IMG/VR virus record: IMGVR_UViG_3300030376_000763
Coordinates: 1 to 38,051 of that record
Source: a virus
Taxonomy: Duplodnaviria; Caudoviricetes
Direction: 5' to 3' (one strand)
DNA length: 38,051 nucleotides
How positions within the stretch are numbered: position 1 is the stretch's first letter; each line of letters begins with the position of its first letter. Both the position numbers and the translations under genes were made by a program. Of the stretch, positions 9,326 to 17,131 are shown one piece after another. Below the pieces are notes generated by a model. It was not told the DNA's origin. It saw nothing but the letters and a program-made list of their open reading frames with translations, and did no database searches.

Positions 9326-9613
9326 CTACCACTCAACAGTGACACCTCTGTCCATTATCCAGTCCTCTTCTTCTTTAAAATCGGTGTCAATAACTTTTAT
9401 TTCTAAGTCAACATCAGAATAGTCTGCTCCATCTTCAATAGCCTCTGCAACATAATCATACCAAGCTGTAGAGTCTCCATCTTCTTTTGCTAAACATTCT
9501 GTTACTCGCATGACTTCTTTTTTTGTTATGTCTATCTCTCCAGATAATTTTTCTGTTGTGACCATAGTTGTAACTACTGTTGTTGTCCTAACTCCTTCAA
9601 TCTGAAATTTCAT
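9326..9613 (-). CDS. Acidic hypothetical protein
   Basis: Start ATG 9613 (ATGA overlap, GAGGT SD). Confidence 0.75.
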   Translation of the reverse strand: MKFQIEGVRTTTVVTTMVTTEKLSGEIDITKKEVMRVTECLAKEDGDSTAWYDYVAEAIEDGADYSDVDLEIKVIDTDFKEEEDWIMDRGVTVEW

Positions 9614-9867
9614 TTGATTACCTCTTTGATAATATCCCAAGCTTGTTGATTTGGGATTAGGAAAGATACTTTGCGTTCTAGTCCTTTCCTGTGGATTCTC
9701 TTTCTCTGGGAGATAGTAGCATCTCTTAAAGTGTGTTTGTATTCGTGACCCCAGAAGTAAGCCAAGCCGAGATAGTTCATAGTTCCAATGAACTTGTTGT
9801 CCATCTCCATAATCTCAGCTATAGCTTGTGGGGTTGCGGTGTTTAGGTTCAAAGTAAAGTCGCTCAT
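9610..9867 (-). CDS. Hypothetical protein
   Basis: GGAG SD, ATGA overlaps at both ends. Confidence 0.8.
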   Translation of the reverse strand: MSDFTLNLNTATPQAIAEIMEMDNKFIGTMNYLGLAYFWGHEYKHTLRDATISQRKRIHRKGLERKVSFLIPNQQAWDIIKEVIK

Positions 9868-10034
9868 GTTATCTCCGTTGCTTGTACGTTTATTGAAAAA
9901 GCTGATAGTTGATCTATCAAGAAATCTTCTCTCTGCACAAATTCGTTGTCTGTTAAGAAACCTTTTTTATAGCTGTCTCTAAGATTTTTAAGTTCTGATT
10001 TAAGATAGCTTACAATTACTTTTGTGTTGCTCAT
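9864..10034 (-). CDS. Small hypothetical protein (56 aa)
   Basis: Below track cutoff. MSNTKVIVSYLKSELKNLRDSYKKG...; AGGAGATAAAATG leader; ATGA overlap. Confidence 0.7.
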   Translation of the reverse strand: MSNTKVIVSYLKSELKNLRDSYKKGFLTDNEFVQREDFLIDQLSAFSINVQATEIT

Positions 10035-10060
10035 TTTATCTCCTATAAAGGAAAGCAGGC

Positions 10061-10309
10061 TTATGCCTGCTCTTCCATAATTGCAGGCTCGTAGCCACTG
10101 TTACGATAAAAATGTGTAGACAACCTAGAGTAAGTCGTATTTAGTGCAAACAATAAAGATTCTATTTCATCTCTATCATCTTCATCTAAAGACTCAAGTT
10201 CATATTTGTGACTATATAAGTTGTCTTCGTTCTCAAGTTGCTTGATCATAAGTTCTGCATCAAGAAGAGACTCTTCAAGTTTTTCAAATTTTTCTACTAA
10301 TGTTTTCAT
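10061..10309 (-). CDS. Acidic hypothetical early protein (cassette gene ending EEQA)
   Basis: ATG 10309 with AAGGTG SD; own promoter; stop codon in hairpin. Confidence 0.75.
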   Translation of the reverse strand: MKTLVEKFEKLEESLLDAELMIKQLENEDNLYSHKYELESLDEDDRDEIESLLFALNTTYSRLSTHFYRNSGYEPAIMEEQA

Positions 10310-10334
10310 ATTATTCACCTTTCAAGTTATTAAC

Positions 10335-10368
10335 TATTACAGTATGGACTAATTAATAATGATTGCAA
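10335..10368 (-). promoter_or_regulatory. Sigma70-like promoter with operator-like site (10335-10351)
   Basis: TTGCAA-N16-CATACT; site TAGTCC-ATACT-GTAATA. Confidence 0.7.
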
Positions 10369-10387
10369 GCATTTTTTTTCAATTATT

Positions 10388-10726
10388 TTAGAAGGGTAAA
10401 TCATCATCTAATTCTTTGTAGAATCCTCTGCCTTCATACATCCTTTGAGCCATCTCCTTACCATAGTTCTCTGGCAGTCCGAAATGTGCAAAGAAGGCTT
10501 TCTCTGATCCGTACTTGGTATGTAGTTCTGCATGGTGATGTAGACATAAAGGTATCACGTTCTGATCTCCTGCTCGTAGACTCATGCCCCTTGCCCCAGT
10601 GTAGGGTTTCAATAAATGGTGAGCCTGTACGACTCCTTCGCAAGAGTAGAACCCTGCTTGTTTAATCAAACAGGGTTGTTGCCTTACCCATGCAAGGTGT
10701 TCTTTGTCTACAAAGCGTTTAGCCAT
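10388..10726 (-). CDS. DUF968-like / HNH-type zinc-binding putative nuclease
   Basis: HLAWVRQQPC, AHH, D..VIPLC..HH.E.H motifs. Confidence 0.75.
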   Translation of the reverse strand: MAKRFVDKEHLAWVRQQPCLIKQAGFYSCEGVVQAHHLLKPYTGARGMSLRAGDQNVIPLCLHHHAELHTKYGSEKAFFAHFGLPENYGKEMAQRMYEGRGFYKELDDDLPF

Positions 10727-11106
10727 TAGAAGGGTACGTGAGACATATCAGGTTCTTTCCTGACCTGTTGCTCTTCTTCTTTAGGCTTGATACTAATAGA
10801 AGTGTACTCTTGATTTTTCTTGGACATTTTTTTCCAACCACCAAGCTTGAATACTTGATCGTTTATCGTAACTGCTCCACCAATATCAGGACTGTTCTCA
10901 GAGACCTTCTCATGCTGCTGATTCACATGAAGTAGTCCTGCAGACATCATGAATTCATACTTAGGCTCGCCTCTGTCGTTGTATGATTCAATGATAGCCA
11001 CATAGTGCTTCTTGCCATCTAGAGTTAGTGATCCTTTTCTCATGACAGTTGAGTTAGTCTCATGCCATAAGAATCCAGTCTTTTCGTTATCGTATTGTTG
11101 TTCCAT
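10726..11106 (-). CDS. Putative single-stranded DNA-binding protein (DUF736-like)
   Basis: SPDIGG, GGWKK and YTSISI motifs; C-terminal PF tail; in recombination module. Confidence 0.6.
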   Translation of the reverse strand: MEQQYDNEKTGFLWHETNSTVMRKGSLTLDGKKHYVAIIESYNDRGEPKYEFMMSAGLLHVNQQHEKVSENSPDIGGAVTINDQVFKLGGWKKMSKKNQEYTSISIKPKEEEQQVRKEPDMSHVPF

Positions 11107-11126
11107 ATTTTTCTCCTTTTTATTAA

Positions 11127-11609
11127 TTATTGATCAACATTCTCTGTCAAAATAGCTTTACGTTTTAGGGCTTCAAGGTATATTGTTTTATAAATATCTT
11201 TGCCGAATTCTTTTTTGTAAATTTCTAACATTAAAACATTCAGATTTGTGGTGTCTTTCCTTTTTACTTTTGGTTTTGGAATATTTTTTATTTCTTGCTC
11301 CAACTCCCATTTAAGTTTTATCAAGTTACCAACATCATCAAACTCTTGTTTAGGTATTTGTCTTCTAGTTTTGCCCATCTCTGGTAATTGAAGTACCCTT
11401 TGTTCTTGTTTGATACCGTACTTTCTTTTAAAATCAGTAATAACTTTGTTGATGACTTCAATTCTATAAACTAAAGCCTGTCTGTTTTCATCATTAGATT
11501 CAACTGCAACACCATCATCTACAAAACCTCTTCTTGATCCGTGCGTAGAATAGCTACCAGTTCTATTCATAAAGTGTTCCTTATTAGGATTATTAAGACT
11601 ATGTGACAT
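11127..11609 (-). CDS. Hypothetical protein
   Basis: GGAGG SD, TAATG coupling. Confidence 0.7.
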   Translation of the reverse strand: MSHSLNNPNKEHFMNRTGSYSTHGSRRGFVDDGVAVESNDENRQALVYRIEVINKVITDFKRKYGIKQEQRVLQLPEMGKTRRQIPKQEFDDVGNLIKLKWELEQEIKNIPKPKVKRKDTTNLNVLMLEIYKKEFGKDIYKTIYLEALKRKAILTENVDQ

Positions 11610-11896
11610 TATGTACCTCCAAATAAGTCTTGTTGTCCAGTTTGGACATTCAGTTTATATTCATAACCTTTTCCTGCAAGTCTAGATCGTTTGTCTACGA
11701 CCTCTCCATACTCCTTAAGGTTATACTTTTTTCTTTCCTCATAGTTCCTAAGTTTCCTTAGACCTGCTGAGATTGTTGCTTCTCCGTAGAAAAGATTGAA
11801 GTGATTTGATATAAGTTCTTGCAATGCCCAGAACGTATACCACCCTCCATCTTTCATAATTTCATAGAGACAGTCTGTAAGTGTCATCTTCTTCAT
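11609..11896 (-). CDS. Putative winged-helix DNA-binding protein
   Basis: W.T...L, EATISAGLRKLR and YEYKL pattern. Confidence 0.6.
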   Translation of the reverse strand: MKKMTLTDCLYEIMKDGGWYTFWALQELISNHFNLFYGEATISAGLRKLRNYEERKKYNLKEYGEVVDKRSRLAGKGYEYKLNVQTGQQDLFGGT

Positions 11897-12579
11897 GCTG
11901 ACTCTCCTAGTTCTATGAGTGCCTTGAAACCATCTTTAACTTGCTTATCGCTTGCAGGCACACTCTCGTAGGCTTGATCTATCTGATCTTTATTCATCAG
12001 ATACAAACCTTTGAATGACTTCTCTTCTTGCACACACTTTTGATACTCCACTCGCATCTGTACCAAGAAGTCACTTGCAGTCTTGCAGTTACTCTTGATG
12101 TTGCCATTGAGTTCTTTGATGTTGAATCCTGTTTCCGTTTCAGATTCAACTTCTTCAACTTCTTGTATGGCTTGTGCCTCTGCTGCATCTTTGTCTGCAT
12201 CAGGCAAATCCTCACCACGAAATATATAGTTGGCAAGACCAAACATTGCCAGACACTTTACAAGACATCTCATTCTTGAATCTTGTATCTGTCTTGTGGT
12301 TGGGTTAGCAACGGAGTTGTTTCTATTGTCCATGCAGGGCAACCACATATATCTTTCTAAGTGACCTATCCTCACAATGCAATGAGACATCGCAGTTCCG
12401 TTGTTCTCATAAGTCTCAGGTTGAAACTCATAAGTAGCAAAAGGGTAATGCTCCATCAATATCTTCCAAGCATCAGTCCAAGATAGATAAGTAAAGTTAC
12501 CTTTCTTATCGTGATACTCACTAAGGTCTAAGGCATTTAAAGTTGCCCAAACTTCTTTGTATGTCAATTCAACATTCAT
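11893..12579 (-). CDS. Sak/Rad52-like ssDNA annealing protein (DUF1071 family)
   Basis: YLSW..AW, MWLPCMD.RN, RCLVKCLAMFGL..YI..GEDLP motifs; start at ATGA overlap. Confidence 0.88.
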   Translation of the reverse strand: MNVELTYKEVWATLNALDLSEYHDKKGNFTYLSWTDAWKILMEHYPFATYEFQPETYENNGTAMSHCIVRIGHLERYMWLPCMDNRNNSVANPTTRQIQDSRMRCLVKCLAMFGLANYIFRGEDLPDADKDAAEAQAIQEVEEVESETETGFNIKELNGNIKSNCKTASDFLVQMRVEYQKCVQEEKSFKGLYLMNKDQIDQAYESVPASDKQVKDGFKALIELGESA

Positions 12580-13361
12580 TTTATACTCCATATTTTACGT
12601 TCAATGATTTGTTCTTTTTCAAAGTCTGACCACATCCAATCGGAGAAATCAGGGTACATCACTGAAGTTATTTCATTTAAGTCGCCCAAAGATAAAAGGT
12701 TCTGCATTGCTATTGCAGCACCCTTGACTTGTGACATCCATTTATCCACATCGTTGACCTGCATTGTGACCACTTCCTGTCTGGATCGGTTCACAACGAT
12801 ATAGTCTACTAGCGGTACATATCCATCTAAGGCGGTACTGTAAATGGACAGTTGCCTGTTGACTGAATCTGGTATTTCAGAAAGTAGTCTGCCAGTGGTT
12901 TTTATATCCCTGACAATACCTTCATAAGTTAGATCGCAGTACCCAATGATCGGTATGGGTATCTCTTCTAACTGTAATTCTATTTTCTTTTGATAAGATT
13001 CAGGCTTACCTAAGTTCTTGTAATGCGGTATGGCAAGTTCAAGATACTTGGCTAGGTTCTGTTTCTCTTTTAGTTCTTTGTCATCATCTATATCAAAGGC
13101 ATCTTCTTTCTTAAGCTTCTTAATGGTTGTGTCGTACTCAAGGACTGCTCTTTGTATTGATTCAGCAACTGGTAAAGGATCATCTACCTGTCTGCCTATC
13201 TCATGATCGCTGACTGTGCCTCTAGCCATAGCTGCGTTGGTTTTACTTCTAACCTTATACAGATAGTTAAGAACCCACTTTGGTGGATTAGAAATAAAAG
13301 AACTGATACTGGAATTAGATAGGTGTTCTATCTCAAAATTATCAAACGGATTATTATTCAT
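12576..13361 (-). CDS. PD-(D/E)XK exonuclease (RecB/Cas4-like)
   Basis: HLS.SSI, RG...H, GYCD, DIKT and QLSIY motifs. Confidence 0.85.
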   Translation of the reverse strand: MNNNPFDNFEIEHLSNSSISSFISNPPKWVLNYLYKVRSKTNAAMARGTVSDHEIGRQVDDPLPVAESIQRAVLEYDTTIKKLKKEDAFDIDDDKELKEKQNLAKYLELAIPHYKNLGKPESYQKKIELQLEEIPIPIIGYCDLTYEGIVRDIKTTGRLLSEIPDSVNRQLSIYSTALDGYVPLVDYIVVNRSRQEVVTMQVNDVDKWMSQVKGAAIAMQNLLSLGDLNEITSVMYPDFSDWMWSDFEKEQIIERKIWSIK

Positions 13362-13401
13362 ATTTTCTCCTTTTTATTATTTTCATTTGATTCAATATTG
13401 C

Positions 13402-13444
13402 AGTATAATTCCTGTTTGGATTTTTAGCAAACCATTTAGGAATA
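13402..13444. promoter_or_regulatory. Divergent control region: leftward promoter plus two operator-like sites
   Basis: Minus strand TTGCTA-N17-TATACT; sites AATTCC-TGTTT-GGATTT (13407-13423) and CAAACC-ATTTA-GGAATA (13428-13444). Confidence 0.7.
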
Positions 13445-13453
13445 ATATAAAAC

Positions 13454-13657
13454 ATGAAATTAGCTGAATACTTAAACGATAAATCATTAACTCAACACCA
13501 GTTCATTGAGGTCTGTAAGGACAAGACTGGTCACACATTCACACAAGGTTGCATTAGCAAATGGGTCTTGGAGAAGCGTAGACCTAGAGCCGATGAATGC
13601 AAAGTCATCTACGACTCTACTGGCGGTAAAGTTTCTCCCAACGATTTCTACCTCTAA
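13454..13657 (+). CDS. Cro-like HTH transcriptional regulator
   Basis: MKLAEYL...LTQ..F, TQ..ISKW...RRP, I...TGGKVSPNDF. Confidence 0.85.
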   Translation: MKLAEYLNDKSLTQHQFIEVCKDKTGHTFTQGCISKWVLEKRRPRADECKVIYDSTGGKVSPNDFYL

Positions 13658-13661
13658 CATT

Positions 13662-14462
13662 TTACAGATTATGTTTAGCAGCTATCTCTGCTAATTTTTG
13701 GCTTGCCTTTGGATTAGCTTTATAAGCTTTCTTAGGTTGTTCTTCTGTAGACCATGAACTAGATACCCTAGCTTCGTTTTGTTTGCTTAGAGTCTCTTTA
13801 TCACGCATCCACTGTGGTCTATTGTCTTTATCTTTATCTTTTGTAGGTGTGATCTTTTTTATGTCCTCTATTTTGATATCTTCATAATCCAAAAACCTTT
13901 TTTGATTTAGCCAAGTTGAACAATGAGGAATAAATTTTTGTTCTGTAGATTCTGCTTTGCAATGTGCAACAAACTTTTCTAACATTTCGTTCAACTTTTC
14001 TTTGTCGTAAGTTTTGGTGACCAAGTAATACTTTTGTTTTGCCTGATACTTATTAATTTTTCTTGGATAGCTTTTCCAAAAAGTTTCAAAGTCGTTATCT
14101 ATATCTCTCTCTTTAGTATCATCTTTAGTATTGTGGGGTGCTGAGACCACTGGGCTAGGGGTCTGTAGAGGGGGAGAGGTGTGTAGACCCCTCTCTATAG
14201 TTAGGTGATATAAATTGCTTAGACTTCCTCCATCATCCCTATATCTTTTCTTGATCTTTAAATAACCTTGTATCTCAAGTTGCTTAATAATCTTGCCTAT
14301 ATGTTTGCGGTCTTTGATGCCTACAATTTTTCCAATGTGGGAATGTGATGGGTAACAAGTTGATCTTTCATCTGCGTAGTTTGAAAGAACTACTAAAACG
14401 AACTTGGAACTGGTGGGTAAGCCTTCTACTTTTAAGGCTGCGTTCAAACACTCTATAGACAT
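13662..14462 (-). CDS. Replication initiator protein (N-terminal winged HTH, C-terminal FWKSYP domain)
   Basis: KFVLVVLSNYADE...CYPS, L...GYL, SNLY, FETFWKSYPRK, FIPH.STWLNQ.RF.D motifs. Confidence 0.85.
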   Translation of the reverse strand: MSIECLNAALKVEGLPTSSKFVLVVLSNYADERSTCYPSHSHIGKIVGIKDRKHIGKIIKQLEIQGYLKIKKRYRDDGGSLSNLYHLTIERGLHTSPPLQTPSPVVSAPHNTKDDTKERDIDNDFETFWKSYPRKINKYQAKQKYYLVTKTYDKEKLNEMLEKFVAHCKAESTEQKFIPHCSTWLNQKRFLDYEDIKIEDIKKITPTKDKDKDNRPQWMRDKETLSKQNEARVSSSWSTEEQPKKAYKANPKASQKLAEIAAKHNL

Positions 14463-14491
14463 CTGTCCTCCTTTTTTTTTGTGGGTGAATG

Positions 14492-14520
14492 ATACTAAAT
14501 CCGTTATGGTCTAAGGTCAA
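14492..14520 (-). promoter_or_regulatory. Promoter of replication initiator with operator-like site in the spacer (14497-14513)
   Basis: TTGACC-N17-TAGTAT; site TAGACC-ATAAC-GGATTT. Confidence 0.7.
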
Positions 14521-15350
14521 CTCCTTCTGTCAATTAATACTAAAGCTTGATCGTGTGCCTGCTTCCAAGTCCAAGTACAATACTCTCCACTAGAACCTTC
14601 ATCAAAGTAATCTTCATTCAGTTCTAAGTAATCTTGATCCCAAACATTCAATCTCATTTCCTCTTCCCAACATTCATCTCTTTGTATTCTGAGCCACTCA
14701 TGTACTGCTAGAAGTTCTTCGCATTTTTGTTTGTAGCTTTTTACAGATTTCTTGCCTTCAACAAAGTTGATATATTGCTTGGTCGTCAGCTTTTCTTCTG
14801 AATGTACTTTCTCATACTTTTTGATTTCCTTCTCTACCTTTGCCAGATTGCGTTCAGCTTGCTTGTATGCCTTAGACCACTTCTCTTGTCTCTTCAACAT
14901 ACTTGCATATCTTTGTGCTACTTTGTTGATCGTCACTTTGACTTGAGGTTTTGCAAGTTCCTGATTTGATATTGCAACTAAATTATTTTCAACAACATAC
15001 TTAGCCAGTCTGTATTCCATAGCTGCGTGTTCAGCGCAGTGTGGTCGTTTGAGATTCTTTCTATATCCCATCCAGTGACCCAAGCTATGTATAATCTCTG
15101 CCCATCCTTTGATTGGGTTTACTGTAAAGGTCTTTCTATCTCTGCACCAAGTGTCTCTGTTGCCAGTAACTTCTTTGAATGTATATGGGAACTTCGTACC
15201 CATCTCTTTTTTCCAAAGAGTCTTAATAGTTTTGCAGACAATCTTGTAATCAGCAGGAGTGCTTTTCCAAACATTAGGATTGACTCCGACTGATTCCCAA
15301 GTTTCGTCAACCTTCTTGTACCATGACATTGATTCTGCAGATGTTTTCAT
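14517..15350 (-). CDS. Hypothetical protein with SprT/zincin-like His motif and coiled coil
   Basis: IIHSLGHW...PHCAEH; AGGAGG SD, ATGA overlap. Confidence 0.6.
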   Translation of the reverse strand: MKTSAESMSWYKKVDETWESVGVNPNVWKSTPADYKIVCKTIKTLWKKEMGTKFPYTFKEVTGNRDTWCRDRKTFTVNPIKGWAEIIHSLGHWMGYRKNLKRPHCAEHAAMEYRLAKYVVENNLVAISNQELAKPQVKVTINKVAQRYASMLKRQEKWSKAYKQAERNLAKVEKEIKKYEKVHSEEKLTTKQYINFVEGKKSVKSYKQKCEELLAVHEWLRIQRDECWEEEMRLNVWDQDYLELNEDYFDEGSSGEYCTWTWKQAHDQALVLIDRRS

Positions 15351-15604
15351 GCCTGCCTCCTTGTTCTTGCCTTAGCATTGTTGTGTTGCTTAACCAGTTC
15401 GTTCTCAATCAAGAACCAAGACCTGACAATTTCTGACTTGAGTTCTTTGTCAGATAAATCAGTTTTGTTTTCTATGATCTGGATGTGTTTCTCTTTGACG
15501 ATTAGCCATGCGTATCTGTGATACTTTTCATCAACAAATTTGTATTTGTAATCTTCCCCATTGTAGACATTGATGCCATCTACTAGCTGTATATATTCTG
15601 TCAT
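15347..15604 (-). CDS. Hypothetical early protein (cassette gene ending RRQA)
   Basis: AATTGAAGGAGATAAAATG leader; own promoter. Confidence 0.8.
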   Translation of the reverse strand: MTEYIQLVDGINVYNGEDYKYKFVDEKYHRYAWLIVKEKHIQIIENKTDLSDKELKSEIVRSWFLIENELVKQHNNAKARTRRQA

Positions 15605-15624
15605 TTTATCTCCTTCAATTTATA

Positions 15625-15665
15625 TAGTACATATCGGATTATATAGTAATCTATGTAAAACTCAA
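15625..15665 (-). promoter_or_regulatory. Sigma70-like promoter with operator-like site (15625-15641)
   Basis: TTGAGT-N16-TATAAT; site TAATCC-GATAT-GTACTA. Confidence 0.75.
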
Positions 15666-15707
15666 GCACTTTCGTATTTGTGTATGTAAATAAATTTAGA
15701 AAAAAGT

Positions 15708-15742
15708 TTGACTTGCTATCTTAAATAGTCCAGAGTGGTTTC
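15708..15742 (+). promoter_or_regulatory. Possible rightward promoter with operator-like site (15726-15742)
   Basis: TTGACT-N17-CAGAGT (weak -10); site TAGTCC-AGAGT-GGTTTC. Confidence 0.45.
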
Positions 15743-15764
15743 TTTTTAATTGAGGAAACATAAA

Positions 15765-15992
15765 ATGATAGAACCAAACGAACCACATGACGAATGGGGC
15801 AGACCATTAAAAACCACTGATAAAAAAAATAGCTTCTTTGATACTGTTAGAGATGTATCTTTCTTTACAGTTGTAGGACTTTTATTTTTATCTTTATTTG
15901 GTTGGATATTGATAATATTTTTACCATACTATTTCGGTAGAGCCATATGGGAAAAGTTTGAACTTTGGTATATAAATAGACCACAAAAATAA
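15765..15992 (+). CDS. Small membrane protein
   Basis: ATG 15765 with GAGGA SD; long hydrophobic segment. Confidence 0.6.
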   Translation: MIEPNEPHDEWGRPLKTTDKKNSFFDTVRDVSFFTVVGLLFLSLFGWILIIFLPYYFGRAIWEKFELWYINRPQK

Positions 15993-16083
15993 CTGTTCAA
16001 TTTTTGATCAATATGATAGGGGGGTATTTTATATGTTGAAACATTTAGTAGAATCAATACGTAATTATATACAGGGGAGTATT

Positions 16084-16266
16084 ATGACTGAGTATGATTA
16101 TAAGGTAGACCTAGCTAGAAATAGGTTAAAGAAAGAAGAGTTAGATCAAATGGTAGAATCTCTTTATATAGAATGTGGCAGCTTTAGAAGGGTCAAGTAT
16201 AGAAGTGGCAGAATAGTCATTGAGTACGCTGATCCAAATAAAGATACAGAGACTGTTTGGGCATGA
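16084..16266 (+). CDS. Hypothetical protein
   Basis: ATG 16084 with GGGGAG SD; ATGA overlap with the oxygenase gene. Confidence 0.7.
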   Translation: MTEYDYKVDLARNRLKKEELDQMVESLYIECGSFRRVKYRSGRIVIEYADPNKDTETVWA

Positions 16267-16817
16267 ACAGTTGGTGGTACGCATGGGATGCAGAAGTATC
16301 TGACATAGATTGTGAACAGATCAAATCTTTGTTTCATGCAGAAGCCACACAAATAGGTAAGGTTGGTGACGATTCTTTAAACAAAAAGATTAGGCAATCT
16401 ACAGTGGTTGGATTTCCATATGGTTCTGGTAACAATGATAGGATCAATGAATTTATAGAAAAGTATATAGTCATGGCTAACAGTGAATGTTTCGGATTTG
16501 ATCTAAATGGATTTAGAGAGTTTCAAATTGCAGAGTACAGAGAGGGTGGTCACTATGACGAACACTTTGATATGCGAATGGACAACAGGGCATCAGTGAG
16601 AAAGCTAGGGATCACAGTACAGCTTTCTGATCCCAAAGATTACTCTGGTGGAGAGTTTATGTTTTCAGAGGATATAGGTACACCCAGTCAAGAAATCATC
16701 AAGCAGAAGGGAACTGTGATAGTATTTCCTTCTTTTTTATATCACAAGGTAATGCCAGTGGGCAGAGGTAAAAGATATTCTCTAGTCGGTTGGTATGAAG
16801 GAAATAATTGGAGATAA
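16263..16817 (+). CDS. 2OG-Fe(II) oxygenase (prolyl-hydroxylase/PKHD-like)
   Basis: Y..GGHY..H.D, RKL...VQLS, Y.GGE, FPSF..H.V.PV..G.RYSLV.W. Confidence 0.92.
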   Translation: MNSWWYAWDAEVSDIDCEQIKSLFHAEATQIGKVGDDSLNKKIRQSTVVGFPYGSGNNDRINEFIEKYIVMANSECFGFDLNGFREFQIAEYREGGHYDEHFDMRMDNRASVRKLGITVQLSDPKDYSGGEFMFSEDIGTPSQEIIKQKGTVIVFPSFLYHKVMPVGRGKRYSLVGWYEGNNWR

Positions 16818-16820
16818 CAA

Positions 16821-17084
16821 ATGTTAATGAAAAGTTTGTCTAATAAAGACGTAGCGTTAATTAAGAAAGCGTTGAAGTTCTTAAAAAAGAATCAGGAATT
16901 AAATCATGACACAGAATTTAGATTAGATTATATGATCAAGGATATTGAGAAAGATGAGATGCCTAGAATCTATGCAAGTCTTTTTACAACTTTGTTAGAG
17001 TATGATTTCTTTGACGATGTGTCTGAACTAAAAAATCAGTTAAGAGGAAGAGATACTTTGCCTGAAAAACTTTTTCAAAGATAA
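16821..17084 (+). CDS. Hypothetical protein
   Basis: GGAG SD, contiguous with the oxygenase gene. Confidence 0.7.
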   Translation: MLMKSLSNKDVALIKKALKFLKKNQELNHDTEFRLDYMIKDIEKDEMPRIYASLFTTLLEYDFFDDVSELKNQLRGRDTLPEKLFQR

Positions 17085-17097
17085 TTAAATAATTTAG

Positions 17098-17126
17098 TTG
17101 ACTTAATCCATTTCGGTCTATAAGCT
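17098..17126 (+). promoter_or_regulatory. Promoter for the putative ncRNA; operator-like site fills the spacer (17104-17120)
   Basis: TTGACT-N17-TAAGCT; spacer TAATCC-ATTTC-GGTCTA. Confidence 0.7.
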
Positions 17127-17131
17127 ACTCA

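Noticed and set aside
7646-10076. Repeated hairpins as a CRISPR array or integron attC sites
   Set aside because: Not regularly spaced, with whole genes between them; no cas or integrase gene; no RYYYAAC/GTTRRRY ends
14472-14480. T9 homopolymer as a phase-variation site
   Set aside because: It is intergenic, an A-rich stretch just before the AGGAGG SD of the initiator gene, and unremarkable in AT-rich DNA
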